A stretch of 60,278 nt of DNA, filler included, from Diploschistes diacapsis (GCA_023645945.1; 5 parts of 5 records of this genome joined end to end with filler, not necessarily neighbours in it), one strand, 5' to 3'; shown: positions 11,319 to 24,183, counted from the first letter of the whole stretch. The notes: generated by a model not told the origin, from the letters alone. Program-made: numbers and translations.

Positions 11319-11993
11319 GTAAGCGAGGGTGGGATGCGTTGGACGGGCGAGCCAGATCCTGCTGGTTTCGCTGTGCGCGAAGGTATGGTCCTGAGGCGGA
11401 TGCTCTTTCGAAAATAGCGCTTGCTAGGTTGCGGATGACCGGATTGATCGACTGATGCGTTGACGTTTGGCGGCGTACGGGTGGCTAGAATGGTTGCTTG
11501 ACAAGAATCGCCCGTTGTTTTGAATATATACCCCTAGAAGTTCATAGAGCTGCAATTGCAATGACAAGCCATGCTTACCTCTTGTTGTCATCATGCTTGT
11601 AGGCAACCATCAACTAGCTGTCAACGAGTCCCTTTTTCCAATACCAGCGAAGCATCCAAAGAGTTTCTGACGTCGTGAGAACGAAACTAGGTTGATGCGA
11701 AGATGCACGGCAATAGGTAGAAGTTGTTGGGCTAGCAACGGGGGTACTGTGACGGCCTAGTAGGCCGCGGGCAAAAAATGTATGGGATCCTTGGCTTTGG
11801 CGATCCAATAAAGGATTCTCAACTCGAGGAGCCGTTCTCTACTTACCATCGTACGCAAAAGCAAAAGCAAAAGCAAAAGCTATCCATCTGGCAATCCAGA
11901 GCGCAAAGCAGCTCTCATGTCATCATCAACCAGGAAAAAACACCAGGATCCCTTTCGTATCAAGGAAGCAGCTCTGTTGTCTCACAGCTCTTT

Positions 11994-12093
11994 NNNNNNN
12001 NNNNNNNNNNNNNNNNNNNNNNNNNNNNNNNNNNNNNTTAATTAATTAANNNNNNNNNNNNNNNNNNNNNNNNNNNNNNNNNNNNNNNNNNNN
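11994..12093. other. Artificial 100-nt contig spacer (N-run with TTAATTAATTAA at 12038-12049)
   Basis: Identical spacer occurs four times; the 12-mer gives stop codons in all six frames. Confidence 0.97.
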
Positions 12094-14166
12094 ATCCATC
12101 TACCTATCTATCTCTTTCCCTCCCCCGGGCCTCTTCCTCCGCGGAAACGAAAAGGAAAGCGAGGAGATGAGACAATGGGGACAGTCGTGCAATTCAATTT
12201 CGATTCAAAATGGCAGTATAATACAATACGTACACTACAGTACAGTACAACAAGTACAATACACACGATAGCCTACCAAATAGCGTCTGTTAGGTATCTA
12301 CCCTTCTCTGTTCCCCTTTCCCTTTCCCCATTTCGCGGGGGGGGGGGGGTAAGAGTCGATAGATAAACCTGGCAATTTATTTTCTGCTTTAGGGTAAAGG
12401 GGGGGGGAGATGAAAGCGAATGGATTGGAAAAGAATGAAAAGCGCATGGCAGGGGGTTGTGGGTTACATACATACATGCATGCATGCATGGATACACAGA
12501 ATACCTAGCAGCTGCATGAAAGATGAGGAGAGATGGGGAGAGATGGGGAGAGGGGGGTCAACAACTCTATTTCCCCCGTTTTCCCCAATTTCAAAAATGC
12601 CCCATCGAGCTTTTTTGAGGTTGTGTGCATGGTTGGATAGAACCGACTTGGGTGTTGCGCTTGGGGGACTTCGGGGGTGCGCTCGCTGTTTGGTTCCTGT
12701 TGTACATTACATTGATGAGTACTAGGTAGGTGGGTGGGCGTATGTAAGCGGTGGGATTGGGCTATGGGCTGGGAGAATAAGAAGGCGCGTGTGTTGCTGG
12801 TGCTTGAGTTGTGCATACGGTATATATTGAAATTAATAAACTATGCCTCGAGGCGACTTGTGCTAGAGATGTAGATGAATTGCAAAATCGAGGGCTTTCA
12901 GAATCAGAGTTAGCTCGAGTCTCCCAAAGTCTGCTCATTCTTCTGGCACTTCTCCCAATCCAATGTGCCGGTACCGACTTGATTCCCCTCTTCTTTCGCT
13001 ATCTAGTGACGTGTTATCGTGTGCAGCACAACGCAGTCCCGCAGGCGCAACGTCTGTGCCCTATTCCCCAATTGGACGGCAGAGAAAAGCTTCTACCTAA
13101 TGTTCTGGCCTCAAAGCCCATCCACCATACGTCTGATACTCCAAGCGAGTCGAGAAGCAATGAGCAGGAGCTTCTCTGCGCATGGCATTTCTCTCTTCTT
13201 ATTGGGGGTCTCTTCCGCGCACAGACGGGCCACTACTGCATGTCTCGCTTCCTCTAACCGAGCCCTAAGACGCCGCGGTAGTACGGCTAACAGGCACTCC
13301 CTCTGCAGTCTCTCTTGTGGGTCTGTTCTTGCTGCGGCATTTGGCGGTGAGGTTGCTTAGTACTTGAGGTCGTGCTGCGGAGCCCGTCGTGGAGCTGTGC
13401 AACTTGTTGGGAAACACGCATACTCCTGTCATGGGTTGATGCTATGCCTTTAGCAATTCTGGTTCCGAGAGTGATCTGTAGGGTAGGATGATTCTCGAAC
13501 ACTTTGGAACCAATCAGGACGATGTTAGGAATGGCGAAGACTTACCACGACGGTTTCTGCGGAATATAGGGTCGACATAGAAGACATCTGGATCAAACAA
13601 CATGCAATTGATTGAGAAGTCGGATAGGGATAAACACGTGAATGTATGAAATCAGGGGCCGGCTCCATATTGCCTGTTCTGGAGTATGCAAAGTAATTAG
13701 TGTATCCTCGAGCAGCAATTGAAGTATCTGTTCTTGAGCATCTTGAGGTGCATTGAAACATCAGACACTGGAATTCGGTCACAACTTGAATAGGGAAATC
13801 CCTCTGAACCAAATGTGCCGTCCAAATTCGAACGAGATTCATACAGGTTGAGCTATACTGCAAAAACTTCATCACTCATCTGAACACTTGGCCTGAGGAA
13901 GAACAGCCTTGAACACAACCAAGAAGCTTGAATAACTTCTGAGATCTCGACCTGCAATTTCGATTTCACAAGCTCAAACAAGAACTCAGAACTAAAAGAA
14001 GGCTTGCTCCTCACCTAGGCAACATACCCCGTATGTCGCTTATTTTCTTCACTCACTGTGAAACATTAATCACAGCAGAAACTGACTCGGCTAGCTGGGT
14101 CCAGAGCTCACTCTAATCTTCATCACTTTCAATCTCAGTCATTGATTGACTTGGGCGCCTCTCGCA

Positions 14167-15047
14167 ATGCCGACGAACTGGAAAGACCCCGACACCAACG
14201 AAAAGCTCATGGCAGCTATGGTCGCAGCTCAGGTGGCTGAAAACCAAAAGGCAAGTCCAAAAACGATTGACTAGTTCGCACAAATCCCAAGAGATTCCCC
14301 TTAGGGAAAAAAAGCCTTTCCGTCTTTCAACAACGTGCGTTGCTCCTGCTTCTTTCCTAAGACATACCGTGATGCGCACAGTTCTTGATACAGCCCATAT
14401 TCCTTACTATTATTGGCCATCTCCCAAAACCAATCTTCATCGCTGACGAGCCTCCAGATCAACTACCATGCCATAGCCAGATATTTTGGTGACGGTACGA
14501 CGTATTCTGCCGTGGAAAACAGATTCCGCCGCGTACGCAAAATGGCTGAGGAAATGAGGGCCGCTGTGGATAGAGGACAAGCAACCCCAATAGTTGACAG
14601 AGTCCGGCCAGCTGCAAGTTATAGGGTGCAGCCAAACCCAAATGGCTCCTCTTCTGGTGGTTAGTTGAAACCTCCTTCCGAAATGTCGCTCGCTTTGAGG
14701 CTAATGCTACCGTCCGCATTCCAGATAATGTACAAGCTGCGAAGGGAAATGGGCAGGCATCCACTGGAACAAAGCGTTCTGGTACAGGCCAGAAGAAACA
14801 GAAGACCAGTGCGACTGGCGACGCGGTCATCAGTGGTCGGGTTAGTAAAAGCAAGAGCAAGAGTATTACTCCTACCGCGAACCGCAAGAAGGCTGTTACA
14901 GACACGATCAAGAACGCGGTGAAGGACGAATTCATAGGTAGCGAAGAAGAAGCCATGATCATGGAGAAGGACAGCAACGACGAGGCTTTCTCTCTTTCTG
15001 AGTTCGAAGGGAACATCGAAGACCTTGACATGATTGGGGACATTTGA
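14167..15047 (+). CDS. Small nuclear protein with N-terminal fungal Myb/SANT-like helical domain; three exons (14167-14250, 14458-14659, 14725-15047)
   Basis: Spliced product MPTNWKDPDTNEKLMAAMVAAQVAENQK|INYHAIARYFGDGTTYSAVENRFRRVRKMAEEMR...|...AVISGRVSKSKSK...acidic tail. Intron 1 GCAAGT...CTGAC...CAG (phase 0) and intron 2 GTTAGT...CTAAT...CAG (phase 1) both keep the frame open. Confidence 0.7.
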
Positions 15048-16541
15048 AGGCCAAGTTTGTCGCTATCGCAGAGCGGATGCGGATCTGGCACTGATGGCAA
15101 ATTTCACGAAATCGACGACCATCACTTCGATCAGGCAACCAGTCTTCCAACATTACTCATTAGAGATGGAAACTTGAGGGACCCCGAGATATTGCACTGG
15201 GTGTGCCTTGATGTGGAAAGACATAGTGTGGAAAGACCGCATCTGCACCAAGGGCAGGCACCTTTTGTAGGGCTCACGGTGTTGGACATCAATAGTCAGT
15301 ATTAGCAGCAATGAACAGCCTAACCATGTCGTTGGAATGGCGTTTGAACGCTGCTCCGGCAGGATACCCCTACGGTATATGCGTCAGTGCTCATCAAGAA
15401 ACATCCCCAAGCCGATTACTCTTTCGTGTACACGTCTAATGAGTTTCAGAGGATCGGTAAGCCATAATGCCCAACAAGCATATTCCTGTCATGGCCACAG
15501 ATATACTTCATTATGTGTTAATTTTGACCGTGTGGACTCCATATCTTGGGTCCGTGGCTATCGGATATGTGAGAAAACGCATTGTAGTGTATCCAGATCC
15601 AAGGTCAGCGAGAGGAAAGCCGCCAAGCATTGCGACAAGAGTGCAAGATGAAGTGGCTGGTTGAAGTCCTGTTGTTCAAGGAGTATTTTCCCTCGGCTTT
15701 TCCGACCCCTGGAACGAGCCGGAACGAGTATTTCCACCTGCAGTATGGCCCCGTTCCCCCAGGGCCGAAGTGGCTGCTGTGGTGAAACACCAATGCCCCA
15801 AAGGATATATTCACGCTCCTTTGGTTAGGAATCGAGAGAATCGACGGCCCGCAGTCCCCGTCTCGACGTCTGTTAGCAGGGCCCATGTTTGGCTGTTCGG
15901 ATGTGCTTGTGATTGGGTTGTTTCTGGGTCTTGACCTTGTACTATATTAAAGCGGGCTGTGGTGAGGTGGCAGGGCGAGCGAGGTTCTTGCAGATATTGG
16001 CTAGACCGAGGACACAGAGAGACTCTGAGTGATTGGGTAGGCGAGAGCGGGTGTTGCCACGAGGCGCCCACAGTGGCGGCATCTAGACGTTTTTGGGTTG
16101 GAAGCCGATCACCCAGGAAGTGGACACGCACACACACGGGCTGGTAAAGTCACGGGTCTTCGCCAGCGTGCCATTCTGCTCTGAGTTATCGAACTTCCAC
16201 TTCCAAGGTTCGTTGAAAGAATTAGGAGATCTATTCTTTGATCATCCCCAGAGTGTTAACAAACCACTTCAGGAGTAAAAGGTGCACAAAAGGGTACAAT
16301 AATTGGGAGAGGGGGAGAGGAGGAGAGGAGCAAAGGAAGAAGTTTGTTTTCAGGCAGGGGCGATGATATTTTGGGCATGCAGGGATAATTGATAATTCAG
16401 TACAAGCCATCTGCTAGCACAAATGTGTTTTGAGTTGCGGCTACAGGGGGTTGATGGAGATTTCACTAATAGTCGGACATTGATTGCAGGCTGCACGCTC
16501 TGAGGGAAGACGCTAGACAAGCCCGTATCGTATTATATACG

Positions 16542-16628
16542 GGCGATTAGTCGGACCGACGATTCACATATTATTTATGCAATATTTATGCAAGATGATG
16601 GATAAACCACTCGGCCCGATTAATCACC
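16542..16628. mobile_element. Short TIR element, family X copy 2
   Basis: GGCGATTAGTCGGACCGA (16542-16559) and TCGGCCCGATTAATCACC (16611-16628) form an inverted pair with the same TIR core as 4709-4843. Confidence 0.55.
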
Positions 16629-17296
16629 GATGGATAAAGTCGGATAAAGTCAATAACGTAACACCGCCTGACTGACTTCCCCCACCCAACGCCCATCCTT
16701 TGCCAAAACGCCAGTTGCTACTCTGGGCCCAGGCCAGCGTGGTGGGGTCAGGCTGAATGGGGGACTGACTGTGGTGGTAGATACTGTACTGGGGGAGAGA
16801 ATGATACAAAGATAGATAGGTACATGGGTTTATTACTGTACTTCTGTACCTACGCAAAGCTCCCGCCTCTATCTCATTGCTCTGTTGCTCAGCTCCCGCT
16901 CGTCTTTGCACTCTGGCATCTACTTCCTCCTGCCCTTTGCTCTTCTCAACAATGCGCTTCATGATGCCACCCGTTCTTAGCTAAATCCGCTTTCGCTGCA
17001 CAGGTTGGCAGCACATTGATGGTAAGCATATCCGTTCCCCTCTCTGCTTCGACCCCACGGCTGTCACAGACACAAAAGCTGATAAGAACATCTACATATC
17101 CAGATAAATACGCTCTCCAAAGCCAGTTAGCCAAACTGGTGTAGAAAGCAAAGCACGCGATGGTCTGTTGATGCGCAGAAACAAGTGTTGCCGTGTCACT
17201 GTACCTCTGAACCCCGTGCCTGCCCCATCACACGGGTGCACTCCTGTCTCCTGACCGGGCCGTCCTGAGAGCGCTTCAGCACCAACAAGGGTCAAA

Positions 17297-19411
17297 ATGT
17301 CACACATTATCAACGAGAACACCGTCGAAGGGCCAGGAGCCATGACTCCTGGTGTTCCCCTTGAGCAACCTAAGCTCAAGGGTCGTCAAAGGCTGCTCAA
17401 AGGCCTGCAGAGGATATCATCCTCTCCATCCTTAGCACTCATGGGTCGCTCAACTTCCACGAGATATAACGGTGGTGGTCGAGGATCAATGTCCTGCATG
17501 TCTCTCGCGTCTCCTGTGCCCAATCTTGGACACTCGAGCAACAGCTCCTACTCTTCCGACCTCTCTGTGCCGTTGTCGGCACCCTTCTCCACTGCCCCGA
17601 CATCAGTCGTCGGCACCCCAGTCCCGGATATGGGCTGTCTCGATTTGCTATCGCGGACGAGGAGCGTCGAAAACGAAAAGATCGAGTGGGGAGGACGGAC
17701 CCCTGCTACTGCTTCCTTGCCATCCTATCTTGGTCTATCATCTACCTTACCCAGCCGAGTCAGTACCCCATCCATGGGTCGGGTCGTCGACGATTACTTC
17801 TCGTTGCCCCATGCCCAAAGCAAGCCGCGGCCTTCGAGGCCAAGTTTCGATTTCTGGGGTGAAATGCCTTACGAGATCAGGGTGCGCATCTTGCAATCTC
17901 TCAAACCCAGACAGATCGTTCGTTGCTCTGCTGTTTCCAAGCGCTGGTATGATATGTGCTTCGACGGCCAACTATGGGCCATCCTCAATGCCTCCGAGTT
18001 CTACAAGGATATTCCGAGCGAGACCCTGATCAAGATCTTGACCTCCGCCGGCCCGTTCGTAAGAGACCTCAACCTCCGAGGGTGCGTGCAAATGCGGGAC
18101 TACTGGGGAACGGAGAGCCAAAAGATCACAGATGCTTGCAGGAATCTGGAGACCTTTTCCATTGAGGGTTGCCGCATAGACAGGAATTCCGTGCACTACT
18201 TCTTACTTAGAAATCCGCGGCTTGTATCGATAAATCTTTCGGGTCTGTCGACGCTCAACAACTCGGCAATGAAAATCATTGCGCAGAATTGCCCGCGTCT
18301 GGAGTACCTTGACGTTTCATGGTGCGCACACGTCGACACAAAGGGCCTTAATAGGGTTGTGCAGAGCTGCCCCAGGTTAAGGGATCTCCGTGCGGGTGAG
18401 GTACGGGGTTTCAACGACCGACAATTCTTGTTGGAGCTCTTCAAGCGAAACACTCTGGAAAGATTGCTTCTTTCTCATTGTACCGACTTCGACGATGATG
18501 CGCTATTGACTTTGATTCAAGGCCAAGATCCGGAGATTGACGTTCTGACAGACCGTGCCGTTGTTCCACCACGCACTTTCAAACACCTCGACTTCAGCCG
18601 TTGTCGGGGTCTTTCGAACAAGTCTATCAAATGTCTTGCGCACAACACGCCCAACTTAGTGGGTCTTCGGCTATCGCAGTGCTCCTCGTTATCCGACGAC
18701 GCTGTTGCCGGGATTCTCGAGACAGCTCCTCTGCTTACACATCTCGATCTGGAAGAACTCGACCTTACCAATTCAGCCTTGACGGCACTGGCGAAGAGTC
18801 CATGTGCCATGCGGCTCAGGCACCTGAATGTGTCATACTGCGAGAACCTCGGAGACACGGGAATGCTTCCCGTCATCAAGGCCTGCTCTTCGCTCACGAA
18901 CCTTGAGATGGACAACACTCGTGTCTCGGATCTCGCACTAACCGAAGCAGCTGCTCAAGTTCGAGAACGAAACAGGCTGGCCGCAGCTGGAAATGAGAAC
19001 GGAAGACCCAAGCAAGGCCTTCACCTCGTCGTATACGACTGTCAAAACGTGACTTGGACCGGCGTCCGCGAAGTTCTTTCGCGAAACGCGGAGTTCTTTA
19101 GACGAGCACAGAACTCTCCGGCGCCGGTCTATCCGAAGGACATTATTTCTCTGAAGTGCTTCTACGGATATCAACCTACGGTGAACGAGCACACCAAGCG
19201 CGTCCTGAAGGGCGAACTCGCCAGAGCCACCCTGCTCGAACGCAAATGGGCGGAGTACATGGTGGCTACGGAAGAGGCCGGTGCGCAAGGATCTGGGTGG
19301 AGGAGGAGGAGACGGCGGGCTCGCGAGGCCGAGCGAGTGCATGCAGACGAGCAAGACGAGGTTCGAGGCGGCAGAAGGAGAGCGAGAAGTGGCGGATGTG
19401 CTGTGATGTGA
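17297..19411 (+). CDS. F-box/leucine-rich-repeat protein (FBXL2/FBXL20-like) with C-terminal CaaX
   Basis: F-box FWGEMPYEIRVRILQSLKPRQIVRCSAVSKRWYDMCFDGQLW; Cys-containing LRRs (LNLRGC, LDVSWC, LDFSRC, LNVSYC); ends RRRARSGGCAVM. Confidence 0.9.
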   Translation: MSHIINENTVEGPGAMTPGVPLEQPKLKGRQRLLKGLQRISSSPSLALMGRSTSTRYNGGGRGSMSCMSLASPVPNLGHSSNSSYSSDLSVPLSAPFSTAPTSVVGTPVPDMGCLDLLSRTRSVENEKIEWGGRTPATASLPSYLGLSSTLPSRVSTPSMGRVVDDYFSLPHAQSKPRPSRPSFDFWGEMPYEIRVRILQSLKPRQIVRCSAVSKRWYDMCFDGQLWAILNASEFYKDIPSETLIKILTSAGPFVRDLNLRGCVQMRDYWGTESQKITDACRNLETFSIEGCRIDRNSVHYFLLRNPRLVSINLSGLSTLNNSAMKIIAQNCPRLEYLDVSWCAHVDTKGLNRVVQSCPRLRDLRAGEVRGFNDRQFLLELFKRNTLERLLLSHCTDFDDDALLTLIQGQDPEIDVLTDRAVVPPRTFKHLDFSRCRGLSNKSIKCLAHNTPNLVGLRLSQCSSLSDDAVAGILETAPLLTHLDLEELDLTNSALTALAKSPCAMRLRHLNVSYCENLGDTGMLPVIKACSSLTNLEMDNTRVSDLALTEAAAQVRERNRLAAAGNENGRPKQGLHLVVYDCQNVTWTGVREVLSRNAEFFRRAQNSPAPVYPKDIISLKCFYGYQPTVNEHTKRVLKGELARATLLERKWAEYMVATEEAGAQGSGWRRRRRRAREAERVHADEQDEVRGGRRRARSGGCAVM

Positions 19412-20367
19412 ACTGTGGGGGTACCACACCACGACCTCCTTACCGCTGAAGGGCTAATGGCTTCCCGGAAAGACGGCCACTTTGGGGGGTTGGCTCTTGA
19501 AACGAATGATGGCTTTTTCCACAGAGAGCAACTCATGATGCATGTTGGACGGTTCTTACACCTTTGTAGAGCTTAGTCGCTCAATGCCGTTATAGTCTGG
19601 GACGGGGGGCGTCGTACAGGTTGGTCTGAAGGTTCTGGGTATACGTTTGCGGCTATAACAGATCACACCATGTTTTGTACAGAGAGGAACTGTCTGTATT
19701 TGTACGCCATAGACAACGCAATATGTATTGATTTCAGTCCGGAGTTGCTTACAGGTACCAATAAGAATCAGACATTTACCCGCGGGCAGAAAATGCTGAG
19801 AAGATGCTCCGCCGGTCGGAATTGGATCCATCTCGTCGTCCATGTCACTTCATTTGTCCAATATAAAGTGGATTCAGCAGCATTCAACTTAACGCCTTCG
19901 CTTGGGAAGTGGCTCGCTTAGGTGGGATGTCCCTTTACCTAGATAAGAGGATAGAGCATCAATGCAGGTAGAGGGCTGGAGAACTCTTGGTCTCTGGTGG
20001 CAGTAGTGTCAGGACAGAAAATTCGAAGCTTTGAGCAACTGTTGTCTGTGTTGATGAATTGAAGAGATAGGAAATATTGCTGCCAAGACCTCGGAATGTA
20101 CCTAGTATGCAGCCTTCAACGTTATCCAGCTTTTAGTGTATCAGGATTCGCATCATAGAGAGGCTCACCAGATCTTAATCTCTACACTAATCACTGAGCC
20201 CAAGCTTGAAAGCTGTAAGCCCGGTGGTTGGCTATCGGTTTAAGGTCCTGCAGAATCTTTTTTCCAATATTTTTCATTGGTCAAAGCTCCGGCGGAGCTT
20301 TCCCCTGCTAGACTTTTTGGTCAAAGGATCGTCCTCCTGCGGGGGAGAGCTTGTCTATACATCCCAC

Positions 20368-20450
20368 TTCCTCTTCTCCATCCTTCTCCTCCTTCTTCTC
20401 CTCCTCCTCCTCCTCATCCTTCTTCTCCCCCTCCTCCCTCTTCTCCTCCA
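20368..20450 (+). repeat. Polypyrimidine (CTC/CTT)n tract upstream of glycogenin
   Basis: Visible imperfect trinucleotide repeat. Confidence 0.8.
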
Positions 20451-20510
20451 ACTCTGCGTCCTGGAAGGACTAGCTCAAGGCTTTGGCTGTACCGACGACA
20501 ACTCGCAGCC

Positions 20511-22840
20511 ATGGCCGCTTCGAGCCAGCATGCATACTGCACGGTGAGAGATTCGCTTTCTAGCTCGGTTGTGGTGGTTCAAGCTTCACTTTACTGATCG
20601 TGTTCATAGCTACTCATGACTGATAGCTATCTTCCAGGTATATGCGCGAGCTTCGAAGAGCAGGGCTTAAACGCTAACGAAGATTCTCACGTAGGTGCGA
20701 TGGTCCTCGCTCATTCTCTACGAGATAACGGCACCCAGAAACAGCTTGCTGCCCTTGTCACCCTCGACTCGATCTCGGCTTCCACGATCGAGACTCTTAA
20801 GGTAGAATCTACAGATGGTCGCGCGGCGCGTTTCTCGAATGCTGAAGCGCTCAGACTGTGTACGACCACGTGATACCCGTTGACGCAGTCGTCAACAGAA
20901 CCCCGGCGAACCTCTACCTAATGGACCGATCTGACCTCGCCGCCTCCTTCACTAAAATCGCTCTCTGGCGTCTGACACAATTCTCTCGAGTCGTCTATGT
21001 CGATGCGGATGTCGTCTCTATTCGCGCACCTGACGAGCTCTTTAACCTAGAATCCAAGTTTGCCGCTGCGCCTGATGTTGGCTGGCCGGATTGCTTCAAC
21101 AGCGGTGTTATGGCACTGACACCAAACATGCAAGACTACTACGGCTTACAGGCTTTGGCGAGGAACAGTGTTAGCTTCGACGGCGCGGATCAGGGTCTGC
21201 TGAACACGCACTTCTCGTCAAAAAAGTGGGAACGAATCAGCTTCACTTACAATTGCACCCCAAGCAGCAACTACCAGTATGCTCCAGCTTACCGACAGTT
21301 CGGAAGCCAAATAAGCATGATACACTTCATCGGCAGAGAGAAGCCATGGCTAGCGGGAAGAAACGCGAAAGGCTCAAGCGGTGCCTATGGAGAACTCTTG
21401 GCACGGTGGTGGGCAGTATACGATGCCCACTACCGAATACCAGTAGGCAAAAAGGAGGTTGACTTTTTGAACATTGCTTATACCTCCGCAGACGACAGCT
21501 TATAGTTCCCGACAAGCCCTGCCGAACTCACGCACAGTGCAGCAACATGTTGCTGGCGAGGCGTACGATACAGATTTCGGGCTTTCTCCACCGCACACGG
21601 GTTCCAGCATTCCGTCGCCACCAGTAACAATGCCAGAGCCCATCTTCGAGACGGCTGATCCCGTCGAGCAGTTTGATCAGGGCAAAGTCACACCTGCACC
21701 TACAGCTGAGCAAAGACGATTTTCTGCACCTCACACGGAGTGGAACCCGACGAGGTAAGTAATCCGTACTTGCATGCCTAGGCGGTCGCTCACCTGACCA
21801 GGGAGCCACCTCCGGCTCAATCTCGACCAGAGGCCTCCAACTTCCCTACGCACCAGTACACCATGTCTGAAGACACTGGTCTTTTCAGGCCGCCCACATC
21901 ATACCCGGAACCACCAAAGGACATGTACTACGAAGTTCCTAAAGAGCGAGCCCCGCCTGCAACAAGACCGAAGCCCATCTTTCCCTGGGAGCATAAACAA
22001 GCACCAGCGACCCGGGTTTTTCCCGAGGACAAGCCTATATCTGGAGTTGAGCCGCAATTTCAAGCGGGTCTAGGCTTGGCACTACTGAGCACGGACAATG
22101 GTCGCCCAGCGGAGACCTCTGATACGCAAGGCACACCGATAATTCATATCTCGGAACATGTGCCTTTTTCAGCGTATATCCGGTCGAACGTTTGGGATGA
22201 CATGCCCGAAATTCAGAGATACATAGATGACTTTGCCCGTGGTCGCCGCGGAGGCAAGCTCATAAACGCTCGTCATGCACAACCTTCATCCTTGAACGAT
22301 TTATCGCCGGAGGGGGAGGGACTACAAGCTCGTCGTCCGAGTCTTAGATTAACGGATTTCCCCACGGAAATTGAGCGTCCATCGCTTCCAGTCACCCCAG
22401 CACCGATCAGGGGGCCATCATTCTGGGGCGAAGAACGGAACGACCAAGGAAAGCTGCCGGCAGCTCAGGGTGTCCCTCAGCAGCAGAATTGGGATCCTCT
22501 AAGGAAACTAGAGGAACTCCAAAAGCGACAGTCAGAGATTTTCCTGTCAGGGCCCATGACCACGACGAACATTCCACATCGAGACCTCCCTAAAGGTTCG
22601 ATGCCGTCGTTTATCACAGAAGAGGTCGCTGTTGAGGAGCCTTCCACAACGAAGGGCTTTTCTTCTCCCAACGAATCCAGCGCCACAAAACCTGAGCCCA
22701 AAGTCAACACCATCAATGAAGGATACAGTTACAAGGAGGGCCCCATCATTAAGAAAGAGGCCTTTAGCACCAGAGAGGAACTTTCTCAAAACTCAGTGCA
22801 TGTAAGTGCTGGATTATTCGTCGAGGCTCGCCAAACCTAG
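20511..22840 (+). CDS. GLG1: Glycogenin (GT8 self-glucosylating glycogen primer), about six exons
   Basis: Spliced MAASSQHAYCT|LLMTDSYLPG|AMVLAHSLRD...; FTKIALWRLTQFSRVVYVDAD (DxD), AAPDVGWPDCFNSGV, SFDGADQGLLN, HFIGREKPW; fungal C-terminal PIFPWE and LTDFPTEIERPSLPVTPAP. Exact 3' end uncertain (GTAAGT at 22802). Confidence 0.92.
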
Positions 22841-24083
22841 TGGAATTCCCGTACCATGCTTTTCGAAAGCGAACAGCTTTCACTTCAAGCATGGTTTTCA
22901 GGAGCGGACAGCATCAACCCCAAAGCATATTTTCAGAAGCGAACAGCATCGACTAACAAGCATAATTTCTTAACATTGTTGTCGTAGGGGCATTTGAATG
23001 GCCTCCATGTATATTATACCTGTTTCTATAGCGGTTATGTCTTTCCCGCTTTTCTTCTATATCCGCTACAGCGTATACTCATATCATCGCATGTCATGTA
23101 TTGTCTGATGCAGCGTTTTTCGGGCCGATTCTAATTCTTCTTGTTTCTCCCCTCTTATAGGTCTGCGTGGACTGTCCGTTACACTGCCCGAACGCTTGTA
23201 CGGCCTGTCCGTTTCACTGTCTCCGGTCTACAAAAGTCTCAACATGAATGCTCGAACTCTATGGACCTTTCTATGTACTTGACGCCACCGCAACAGTCTA
23301 TCAGGGCCGAATCATCCCACTCGAACGGAAGGATTTCATGTTGGTCTGAGTTCTTGGACTTTGGTGTAGCCGGATGATACATGTTGAACAAACAGTAAAT
23401 GTCACTATATGCTATCGCGTCGAAGATTGAGCCTGGAACTTTCAAAAGTTTATCACCAAATTACAGCATCACTTACCTGGTATGAACTATTCGTCTACAT
23501 CAACAATCTACACCGTCACATTACGCAAGCTCGACCGTTAGTCGTATTGTGACGTAGACACAGAGTCTGTGAACTTGGAGCTTCGAGCGTCAGGAACGAG
23601 CCTCTGGTGGTACAACGAATGGCTCAAAGAAAATTGTTCTTTGGGTCTTGGTACAATGGATGGACGATGGGCCTACGCTGGGCTGACGACCTCGGTGGGT
23701 AGAACAGGATGCTGTTGTACATAGATTGATGGCCCAGTTGGTGAACGCTTTACGTTACTTGGGGTTTTGGAATGCTTGTTTTGGGGAAAAATTGGAAGTG
23801 GACTTACTTGGAGGATATACCCCTAGCTGTTTTCGGCGTGGGTTCAAGGCTAATGGCTAACTCGGTATCTGAACAATATGTGGCATCGTGCATTGTGACT
23901 TGCGCTCTGCGCATACGGAATCGGCATGCTAGCAAACAAGACCGGTCCGTCCCGAGTGCACGAGCCGGGGTATTGATAAAAATCCTTTTCCAGACACATG
24001 GCGCCTGACATCCTACTCTACAAAGAATCCGCTCTCATTCCCACTCCCATCATCAACCCCACCGCCCTCCCCCGGGCCTCCGT

Positions 24084-24183
24084 NNNNNNNNNNNNNNNNN
24101 NNNNNNNNNNNNNNNNNNNNNNNNNNNTTAATTAATTAANNNNNNNNNNNNNNNNNNNNNNNNNNNNNNNNNNNNNNNNNNNN
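24084..24183. other. Artificial 100-nt contig spacer
   Basis: N-run containing TTAATTAATTAA. Confidence 0.97.

Noticed and set aside
12038..12049. TTAATTAATTAA palindrome as a biological motif
   Set aside because: Embedded in N-runs four times; it is an assembly linker.
12900..13880. Possible degraded minus-strand gene
   Set aside because: Only short protein-like patches (e.g. APQDAQEQILQLLLEDTLI) with no recognisable family; insufficient support.
22990..23900. Possible degraded spliced gene on the minus strand
   Set aside because: GTAAGT donor-like sites exist but no coherent open frame or motif could be assembled.
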